From Endomicrobiales bacterium (GTDB lineage: Bacteria > Elusimicrobiota > Endomicrobiia > Endomicrobiales > JAFGIL01), in the NCBI GenBank assembly GCA_016929635.1, contig JAFGIL010000047.1:13606-77605 (forward strand): 64,000 nt of DNA, in the 5' to 3' direction. Both the position numbers and the translations under genes were made by a program. Under the pieces are notes generated by a model. It ran no database searches. It was given only the letters and a program-made list of their open reading frames with translations, and was not told where the DNA came from. Positions 57,012 to 64,000 of this stretch are shown piece after piece. Positions within the stretch are counted from its first letter, which is position 1, and each line of letters opens with the position of its first letter.

Positions 57012-58275
57012 AAAGAAATTGATTATAGCGATTGACGGGCCTGCGGGAGCGGGGAAATCCACGGTTTCCAAATTGGTAGCAAAAAAAATGGGCTATCTCT
57101 ATATTGACAGCGGTGCGATGTACAGGGCAATAGCCTGGAAATCAATAAAGAAGAAACTGGATTTAAACGACAACGGGAAAATAGTTGAGATGGCAAATAA
57201 AACAGATATTGTCCTGAAGCCGGGTAAATCCGGCAATTCCGCTAACTCGGTATTTGTCGATGGGGAAGATATTACGCATCAAATCAGGACTGAAGACGTT
57301 TCGCAGGGGGCGAGCAAGGTTTCTAAAATATCGGAAATAAGGAAGATACTGCAGGAAAAACAGCGCAGCCTTGGAAAAGACGGCGGTGCTGTAATGGAAG
57401 GACGTGATATAGGCACCGTGGTGTTTCCCAACGCTGATTATAAGTTTTATCTGGATGCATCAAATGATGAAAGAGCCATGCGCAGATACAAGGAATTAAA
57501 AGCCAAAGGAGAAAACGTAAGCCTGGAAAGTATAAAAGAAGAGATAGTAAAAAGAGATGAAAGGGATAAAAATCGGCAGGCAGATCCGTTAAAGAAAGCG
57601 AAGGATGCGATATTTATAGACGGCACTGAGTTAACGATAGAAGAGACGGCGGATGCCATTTTAAACAAGATCAGGAAAAAGGAAGCGAATATTTTTGAAA
57701 CAACATGGCTTTACTATTTGGGGCGGTTTTTATTCCGTGTCTTTTTTAAAATAATCTGGCGGTGGAAAATCTATGGGCATGATAACGTTCCTTTAAAAGG
57801 AGGGGTTATCATGGCTTCCAACCATTCAAGTTTTGCTGATCCTCCGCTTGTCGGATCAGCTATGAAAAGGCCTTTATTTTTCATGGCAAAAATAGAGTTA
57901 TTTGAAGTGCCTATACTGGGCTTTCTTATAAAGCGTACGAATGCCTTTCCCGTGCGGAGGGGAGAGCAGGATGTGAGCGCTTTCAGAAAAGCGCAAAAAC
58001 TGTTAAAAAGCGGTAATACCGTGCTTGTTTTCCCGGAAGGGACAAGGTCGCGTGATGGAAATTTCGGGCGGGCACTGCCCGGAGTTGGGATGCTTTCATG
58101 TCTGGCAGGGGTTCCCGTAGTTCCGGTAAGAATAGTAAATTCGGATAAATTGAACAAGATTTTACCCATAAAGCTAATATTCGGGAAAACAATTTATCCC
58201 CCGAAAGAATTCTCCCGCGATACGTATCAGAAGTTATCTGAAAAAGTGCTTGAAGAAATAAAAAATTTGCATTAG
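57004..58275 (+). CDS. cmk: Cytidylate kinase fused to 1-acyl-sn-glycerol-3-phosphate acyltransferase (PlsC)
   Basis: IAIDGPAGAGKST, DSGAMYRA, EGRDIGTVVFP.A..K.YL.AS...RA.RR, RD..D; then NHSSFAD, FMAK.ELF, FPEGTRS. Confidence 0.93.
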   Translation: MSEKKLIIAIDGPAGAGKSTVSKLVAKKMGYLYIDSGAMYRAIAWKSIKKKLDLNDNGKIVEMANKTDIVLKPGKSGNSANSVFVDGEDITHQIRTEDVSQGASKVSKISEIRKILQEKQRSLGKDGGAVMEGRDIGTVVFPNADYKFYLDASNDERAMRRYKELKAKGENVSLESIKEEIVKRDERDKNRQADPLKKAKDAIFIDGTELTIEETADAILNKIRKKEANIFETTWLYYLGRFLFRVFFKIIWRWKIYGHDNVPLKGGVIMASNHSSFADPPLVGSAMKRPLFFMAKIELFEVPILGFLIKRTNAFPVRRGEQDVSAFRKAQKLLKSGNTVLVFPEGTRSRDGNFGRALPGVGMLSCLAGVPVVPVRIVNSDKLNKILPIKLIFGKTIYPPKEFSRDTYQKLSEKVLEEIKNLH

Positions 58276-58289
58276 ATTATATAGACAAG

Positions 58290-59162
58290 ATGATAAAAGG
58301 TAATTTAAAGGTAAAAATTGCAAAGACAGCCGGTTTTTGTTTCGGGGTGCGCAGGGCAATAGAAATAGCAGAAAAAACTGCAAAAGAGAAGTCAAAGGTA
58401 TATACTCTAGGGCCTTTAATCCATAATCCCCAGGAGGTCAACCGGTTGGCCAGAGAGGGTATTAAGCCGGTAAACAGCCCCTGGCGTATGAAGGATTGCA
58501 CTTTAATACTGAGAACTCACGGGATAACGGAATCTTTCGAACAAAAACTGAGATCGAAAAAATTGGATTTGGTTGATGCAGTTTGCCCTTTCGTAGGCCG
58601 TGCGCAGGATCTGGTAAGAAAATTAACAGGAGACAATTATAAAGTCGTTATTATCGGGGACAAGACTCATCCTGAAGTGATTGCTCTGGTTTCCTACGGC
58701 AAGGGCAGATGTAAGGTTATTGAGGACAAGTATGATTTAAAAGGGCTGAACCTGGGGGATAAAGTCGGAGTTGTCAGCCAGACTACCCAGAACCTGAAGA
58801 AGTTCAAAGAAATAGTAAAATTTTTAAAAAAACGTTATAAGAACGCCGTAGTTTATAACACTATCTGCAGGGCTACGATTGACAGGCAGTCAGAAGCATC
58901 TAATATTGCCCGCAACGTGGATTTAATGATTGTGGTTGGCGGGAAAAACTCCGGCAATACAAAACGATTATACGAGATTTGCAGGAAATACACAAAAACC
59001 AGGCATATTGAAAAGGCCGGTGAGTTGAAACAGTTATGGTTTAGAAATATTAAGTCCATCGGATTAACCGCAGGAGCTTCCACTCCTGATTGGATAATAA
59101 AAGAGGTCGAGAATAAAATAAGGAAAATAAAAGCCACACTGGAAAAAAGTAAAAAGGCATAA
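58290..59162 (+). CDS. ispH: 4-hydroxy-3-methylbut-2-enyl diphosphate reductase
   Basis: AGFCFGV.RA, LIHNP, RTHG, DAVCP, HPEV, QTT, NTIC.AT..RQ, VGG.NS.NT, TAGASTP. Confidence 0.96.
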   Translation: MIKGNLKVKIAKTAGFCFGVRRAIEIAEKTAKEKSKVYTLGPLIHNPQEVNRLAREGIKPVNSPWRMKDCTLILRTHGITESFEQKLRSKKLDLVDAVCPFVGRAQDLVRKLTGDNYKVVIIGDKTHPEVIALVSYGKGRCKVIEDKYDLKGLNLGDKVGVVSQTTQNLKKFKEIVKFLKKRYKNAVVYNTICRATIDRQSEASNIARNVDLMIVVGGKNSGNTKRLYEICRKYTKTRHIEKAGELKQLWFRNIKSIGLTAGASTPDWIIKEVENKIRKIKATLEKSKKA

Positions 59163-59204
59163 AAAAAGGTTAAAATATTTTGGTGGTTGAAAGGGAGCAG
59201 TAGA

Positions 59205-60929
59205 ATGGAAGAGATAAAAAACAGTTCAGAAGAAAAGAATGCAGCAAACGTTACGGAAAATATTGAGGAGCAGAGTTCATCCGCAGGTTCAACTCCGGAA
59301 GAAGAAATGAAAATGGAGGAGTTGTTGGGCCCGGAAACCGATAATGTGATTGAAGAAGGAAAGATAGTAAGAGTGAAGGTGATAGGAAAAACCGAAGAAG
59401 GCGTGCTTGTTGACCTGGGTTTAAAAGCAGAGGGTATTGTGCCAAGGGATGAATTTAAAACAAAGGCACAGTTTGACCGCACTGCGATAGGCGATGAGCT
59501 TCCGGTTTACATTATCAGGCTCCATTCCAAGGATGGAAATCCGGTTGTTTCCTACAAGCAGGCGCGTGAGCACATTGCCTGGGACAAAATTACAAATGCT
59601 TTTAAGGAATCCACCCCTGTTGAAGGGGCTATCATAAAAAAAATAAAAGGCGGATTTATTGTCGATATTGGAGTAGAGGCATTTTTACCGGGCTCCCAGC
59701 TTGATACGTACAGGGTCAAGGATTATACAAAATATATGGGCATAAAGATGAAGTTTATTATTACGGAGCTCAAAAAAAACAATCTGGTTGTATCGCGCAG
59801 GAAACTCCTTGAACTCGAGCAGAAGGAAGGAAGGAAAAAAGTCATGAAGGACCTGTTTGAAGGCCAAATACTTGACGGGGTTGTTGTGAGAATAACGGAT
59901 TTCGGCGCTTTTGTGGATATAGGAGGCATGGAGGGTCTGCTTCATATAGGTGATATCGCATGGTACCGGATTCATAAGGTTGAGGATATTATATCTTTAA
60001 GACAGAGTGTAAAAGTTAAGGTTCTTAAGATTGACAAAGAAAAGGAGCAGGTATCCCTGGGCCTTAAACAGCTGTCCACTCATCCGTGGGAAAATGTCGG
60101 AGGTAAGTATAAAGTGGGGATGGTTGTTAAAGGCAAGATAACATCAAAGACGGATTTTGGTATTTTTGTCGAGATCGAGCCGGGAGTTGAGGGGCTGGTG
60201 CATATATCGGAAATCAGCTGGCTTGAAGATAACGCCGTAAAAATTAAAAATTTTAAGGCTAAGCAGGAAATAGAATCAAAGATAATTGCAATTGACCCGG
60301 AAAACCAGAAGCTGTCTCTTTCGTTAAAGAAATTAAAAGCTAATCCGTGGGAAGATATCAAACTGAAGTACCCTTCCGGCACGAAAATAAAAGGAGTGGT
60401 CACTAATATCACGCCTTTCGGCGCTTTCGTTAAAATAAACGAAAACATGGAAGGGCTTATACACGTCAATGATATGTCATGGATGAAGAAAGTGCGGCAT
60501 CCCCAGGATATTTTAAAAGTCAAACAGGAAATAGAGGTAGCGGTGCTGGATGTAAATCCCAGCAACGAAAAAATAAGCCTCTCATTAAAACATCTGGCCG
60601 AGGATCCTTTTAAGAAATTTCATGTAGGAAAGGTAATCAGCGGGAAAGTGAAAAGAATTGTGGATTTCGGAGCATTTGTGGAGGTAGAGCACGGGATCGA
60701 GGCTCTTCTCCGCTCGTCCGAGATTGCCCAGAAAAAGATCGGCCATCCGTCGGAAGTGTTAAAAGTCGGAGAGGAAATTGAGGCAAAAGTGATAAAGAGC
60801 GATTCAAAGGAAAGAAAGATAGATATATCTATAAGGAAGCTTGAGCGTGACCGCGAAAAGGAGTTAATAAGCAAATACGTCAATAAAGGCGAAAGACCCA
60901 CTCTGGGGGAAGTTTTGGAAGAAGAGTAG
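59205..60929 (+). CDS. rpsA: 30S ribosomal protein S1 (six S1 domains)
   Basis: Six S1 repeats (e.g. DFGAFVDIG, DFGIFVEIE, PFGAFVKIN, DFGAFVEVE; GLLHI/GLVHISE); start at ATG 59205 after GGGAG. Confidence 0.96.
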   Translation: MEEIKNSSEEKNAANVTENIEEQSSSAGSTPEEEMKMEELLGPETDNVIEEGKIVRVKVIGKTEEGVLVDLGLKAEGIVPRDEFKTKAQFDRTAIGDELPVYIIRLHSKDGNPVVSYKQAREHIAWDKITNAFKESTPVEGAIIKKIKGGFIVDIGVEAFLPGSQLDTYRVKDYTKYMGIKMKFIITELKKNNLVVSRRKLLELEQKEGRKKVMKDLFEGQILDGVVVRITDFGAFVDIGGMEGLLHIGDIAWYRIHKVEDIISLRQSVKVKVLKIDKEKEQVSLGLKQLSTHPWENVGGKYKVGMVVKGKITSKTDFGIFVEIEPGVEGLVHISEISWLEDNAVKIKNFKAKQEIESKIIAIDPENQKLSLSLKKLKANPWEDIKLKYPSGTKIKGVVTNITPFGAFVKINENMEGLIHVNDMSWMKKVRHPQDILKVKQEIEVAVLDVNPSNEKISLSLKHLAEDPFKKFHVGKVISGKVKRIVDFGAFVEVEHGIEALLRSSEIAQKKIGHPSEVLKVGEEIEAKVIKSDSKERKIDISIRKLERDREKELISKYVNKGERPTLGEVLEEE

Positions 60930-60930
60930 T

Positions 60931-61066
60931 AAATTCCAAATTACAATTTCCAAATTACAAATGGATTCCCGTCTCCAATGACCAACCGCCAAACAGTATG
61001 TTGTTTTGATTTTTGGATTTTTTTATTGGTTATTATTTGGAATTTGTTTTTTGGTATTTGGAATTT
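60931..61066. repeat. Heptad-register long imperfect palindrome (intergenic)
   Basis: Left AAATTCC|AAATTAC|AATTTCC|AAATTAC; right (reverse complement) AAATTCC|AAATACC|AAAAAAC|AAATTCC; terminal 11 bp AAATTCCAAAT/ATTTGGAATTT pair perfectly. Confidence 0.85.
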
Positions 61067-61071
61067 ATCAT

Positions 61072-63909
61072 ATGAAAAAAAGAATACCAAAACTATTATA
61101 TCAGTTTCTAATAATACTCCCGCTTATTATCCATTTCTATCAAAACTCCTGGGCTTTCGGCAAGAACAAGCTTATTACAAAAGATTTTTTGTGGCAGGTT
61201 AAATCGATCGATCATTTTGACATATATTATTACGGGAAATCCGGGAAAAATCTTCTACCTCTCGTAGAGACATATTTAGACAATGCATTCAGCAGGGTCA
61301 CATCAGTACTTCCTGCAAACCCATCAGAACAGATACCTCTTTTTCTTTACAACAACCATAATGATTTTGAACAGACCAATATAACTTTAATAGGCGAAGG
61401 TACCGGCGGCGTAACAGAAGCCTATAAAAACCGTTTTCTTGTTGCGCATCTCGGTTCGCAGCGGTATCTGGAATATGTGCTTACCCATGAGTTTACCCAT
61501 GAGATTCAGTATGAATATCTTTTCAGCGGGTTTTGGCGCTCGATACGGCTTGTAAAATTTATGTTTTACCCGTTATGGCTTATGGAAGGGCTGGCAGAAT
61601 ACACAAGGGGTGATTTTGACAGGACCACCAGGGAAATGTACATAAGAGATGCGGCTACAACCGGAAACCTCCTTCCTTTAGCGCAGCTGCACAGCTTTAA
61701 CCATGTAATGCCTCACCAGGTTACTCTGGCATACAAGGAGAGCGAGGCCCTAATTCATTATCTGGTGGATGAATACGGAAGAGGCAAATTAGCAAAGCTT
61801 CTGATAAGCTACCAGGAACGTTTTGACCCTGATTCGGTGCTGTTGGACGTTTACGGTACCACTTTATCAACATTGGACAAAAGGTTCAGGGAGTACCTTG
61901 TTGATAAATACACTATCTCTTCTTCAGGGCTGTCCGAGCCTTCGGAGTACGGCGAAATATTGACCAAACACGGTTCTTACCCGCGTTTTTACGAAAGCGC
62001 GGTTTTTTCTCCGGACAGCAGCAAGCTGGCGTACATCTCCGATGAGCGCGGAGCCAGGGAGATATACGTAATGGACCTGGAGAGGAAAAAATCTGTCCGG
62101 TTGTGGGATTTGACCAAATCCATAAAAGTGGAAAACATCCATAACGAAGGCAACGGTTTATCTTTCTCTCCTGACGGAAAATATATTGTGTTTGCGGGAG
62201 AAAGGAAACAGAGGGACCGGATCTATATATATGACCTGGAGAATAACGAAAATGACGAAATAGATATTAAGACAGAAAGCGTTGCATCGCCGTCCTTTTC
62301 AAACAACGGTGAAAGGATTTATTTCTCCGGATTAAAAGAAGGATTCCGCAATATTTTTGAGTATTCGCTGAAAACAAAAAAACTTGTCCAGCTGACAACA
62401 GGCTACATGGACAAGATGGATGCGGTCAATTCTTATGACGGGAGGAAACTGGTTTTTGCATGCGAAAGAATAAATCCAAAAGGGAGAATAGAGTATGATT
62501 TATGCATTATGGACGTGGAAACCAAGAAATCTGAGTTTCTGACCTCCCTGCCGGGCGATGAGAGGTATCCGTGTTTTTCATCGGACGGCAAATATGTTTA
62601 CTTCACAAGCGACCAGGACGGGATTAACGATATCTACAGGATTAGTTTAAACAGCGGAAATATTGACCGTTTGACAAAAGTAATAGGTGGAAATTTCCAG
62701 CCGAAGGTATCTTCGGATAACAAAAAACTTCTTTTCTCTTCTTTCCGCAGGGGTGAGCGCCACTTATACCTTCAGGATATGGAAAAAATAAAACCGTCCG
62801 TTTTTTATAAACGGCAGGAAGAAAAAATAGATGTGGTTTCCCGCTCAAAAACAACGATTACCAGTGAGAGGAATGATAAATCACCTGCAATGGCCAGGCC
62901 GTACCGGTTTAAGGTTTCCACTGATTTGTTTTTTCCTGTCATTTTTTATTCAAGCCTGGACGGTTTGTACCTTGCAACCTACTGGCAGATTTCGGAGTTC
63001 CTCGGGAATCATCAGCTGCAGTCTATGGTTACGTTTGCAAGCGCGGCAGAGTATCTGGATTACAGCGTTTCCTACGGGTTTCTTCGCTACAGGCCGCAGT
63101 TTTACCTGACCGTTAGCGGTTACGAGCATTTTGAATATTACTCAAGCATGGATGATTACAAGAAAAACGAGGACAACCTGCAGGCCATACAGACTTTATA
63201 CCCCTTAAACCGTTTCCAGCGTCTGGAGTTCTTGATGGGTACTATTAACAGGAAAGAGTATTGGGACAGCGACCCAAGCGTTGTCTGGCGCTCAAGGGAG
63301 AACATCGCGGGCATATCTTTCTATCATGACGTTGTTCAAGGTCCTTATCTGGAGAGCACCTCGGGTTGGAGGTTGCGTATAACAGGAGAAGTTTCTGAAA
63401 GAGTCCTTGACGGGGATTACAGCTATCATAATGCCATTGTCGAGACACATAAGTTTTTTCCTTTAGGGAAGGAGCACGTTTTGGGCTGGCGCAGCTACAT
63501 TGGCGGGAGTTTCGGCCAGAATTCCGGTTTCTTCAGGCTGGGCGGCGAGGACAGGGTGCGCGGAGTATCGAGAGATATGAAGTATTCAGGACACAGGGTT
63601 TTCTTAAATAACATAGAATGGCGCTTCCCCATAGTGTACAATATAAATTATCATCTGGGGTTTATGTTCCCGGATTTCTTTTTTAAAACGTTCTACGGAG
63701 CGCTTTTTGTCGACTCAGGAGTCACATGGAATGAGGATATTGAGCTGAAAAACATACCGATAGAGCAGTGGCACGGAAGCTACGGCCTCGGCTTGAGGTT
63801 CCACACTTTTTTGCTGCAGTCATACCCGGTACTCCTCAATTTTCAGCTTGCCAGGAAGATGGAAGGGCCCTCTCATGTTTTCTACTTCACAATGGGGACT
63901 AACTTCTAG
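61072..63909 (+). CDS. Omp85-family barrel protein with N-terminal gluzincin-like metallopeptidase and PD40/TolB-like propeller
   Basis: Signal peptide SWA|FGKNK; THEFTHE + WLMEGLAEY; repeated FSPD/FSSDG PD40 units; C-terminal FRLGGE..VRG, F.DSG..W, YG.GLR and terminal Phe. Confidence 0.85.
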   Translation: MKKRIPKLLYQFLIILPLIIHFYQNSWAFGKNKLITKDFLWQVKSIDHFDIYYYGKSGKNLLPLVETYLDNAFSRVTSVLPANPSEQIPLFLYNNHNDFEQTNITLIGEGTGGVTEAYKNRFLVAHLGSQRYLEYVLTHEFTHEIQYEYLFSGFWRSIRLVKFMFYPLWLMEGLAEYTRGDFDRTTREMYIRDAATTGNLLPLAQLHSFNHVMPHQVTLAYKESEALIHYLVDEYGRGKLAKLLISYQERFDPDSVLLDVYGTTLSTLDKRFREYLVDKYTISSSGLSEPSEYGEILTKHGSYPRFYESAVFSPDSSKLAYISDERGAREIYVMDLERKKSVRLWDLTKSIKVENIHNEGNGLSFSPDGKYIVFAGERKQRDRIYIYDLENNENDEIDIKTESVASPSFSNNGERIYFSGLKEGFRNIFEYSLKTKKLVQLTTGYMDKMDAVNSYDGRKLVFACERINPKGRIEYDLCIMDVETKKSEFLTSLPGDERYPCFSSDGKYVYFTSDQDGINDIYRISLNSGNIDRLTKVIGGNFQPKVSSDNKKLLFSSFRRGERHLYLQDMEKIKPSVFYKRQEEKIDVVSRSKTTITSERNDKSPAMARPYRFKVSTDLFFPVIFYSSLDGLYLATYWQISEFLGNHQLQSMVTFASAAEYLDYSVSYGFLRYRPQFYLTVSGYEHFEYYSSMDDYKKNEDNLQAIQTLYPLNRFQRLEFLMGTINRKEYWDSDPSVVWRSRENIAGISFYHDVVQGPYLESTSGWRLRITGEVSERVLDGDYSYHNAIVETHKFFPLGKEHVLGWRSYIGGSFGQNSGFFRLGGEDRVRGVSRDMKYSGHRVFLNNIEWRFPIVYNINYHLGFMFPDFFFKTFYGALFVDSGVTWNEDIELKNIPIEQWHGSYGLGLRFHTFLLQSYPVLLNFQLARKMEGPSHVFYFTMGTNF

Positions 63910-63956
63910 GGTAAAATCCGCATACCCCCGGTTTGGGAATATTTAAAAACAGGATG

Positions 63957-63985
63957 TTGACAAACCAGATTAAAAGAGTTAAAAT
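63957..63985 (+). promoter_or_regulatory. sigma70-type promoter for a gene beyond the window
   Basis: TTGACA-17 nt-TAAAAT. Confidence 0.65.
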
Positions 63986-64000
63986 TTTTCTATTCAACAC

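Noticed and set aside
60188-60200. GGGGCTGG resembling the MITE terminus inside rpsA
   Set aside because: Encodes the conserved S1 motif EGLV and has no partner inverted repeat
61006-61071. N-terminal 22 aa of the ORF-track Omp85 protein
   Set aside because: Translation of the heptad palindrome's right arm; a normal signal peptide starts at ATG 61072
1-64000. tRNA, rRNA, transposase, integrase, prophage or defence genes; selenocysteine or frameshift recoding
   Set aside because: None recognised by eye; all intergenic gaps are short or explained, and TGA-ending genes appear full length. tRNAscan-SE and cmscan would be needed to exclude small RNAs formally

Overview
Chromosomal segment from an AT-rich, two-membrane (diderm) and probably anaerobic bacterium. 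The six-S1-domain RpsA, Omp85 barrel protein, His-type Thi4, GlnRS and gene order suggest an Elusimicrobiota-like lineage, but this is inference, not a database result. Bases 1-24 kb are an accessory-type mosaic on both strands: a PAS/response-regulator/DUF6901-like/V4R-like signalling island, CDF transporter, WD40-TPR protein, glnS, a ferritin-like-hemerythrin fusion, an EndoQ-UvrD fusion, an acyl-activating AMP-binding/ACP/acyltransferase enzyme, a pabB-pabC fusion and an orphan beta-barrel. From 24.4 kb to 63.9 kb every gene is on the + strand: pta, DUF4912-GH57-LysM-HD-GYP, rsmI-argCJ-tsaC-LMW phosphatase-glyA-wecA-wecB, queF, murC-murB-ddl-ftsQAZ-pilT-pgeF, pheA-hisC-aroF-thi4-tyrA-aroA-cmk/plsC-ispH-rpsA and a metalloprotease-propeller-Omp85 protein. 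I saw no rRNA, tRNA, CRISPR array, transposase or integrase. The most unusual signals are non-coding or very small. (1) Long imperfect palindromes fill the gene junctions of the + strand run, and three of them keep a strict 7-nt register. (2) A 96-bp MITE-like element with 10-bp terminal inverted repeats and a 6-bp ATGAAT target duplication sits exactly on the murB/ddl stop-start overlap. (3) A GTAG-type REP doublet shows a compensatory base change. (4) A promoter-to-terminator ~65-nt structured RNA lies in front of the orphan beta-barrel gene. (5) A 58-aa ORF missed by the ORF track has a near-perfect sigma54 promoter, an RBS and a terminator.
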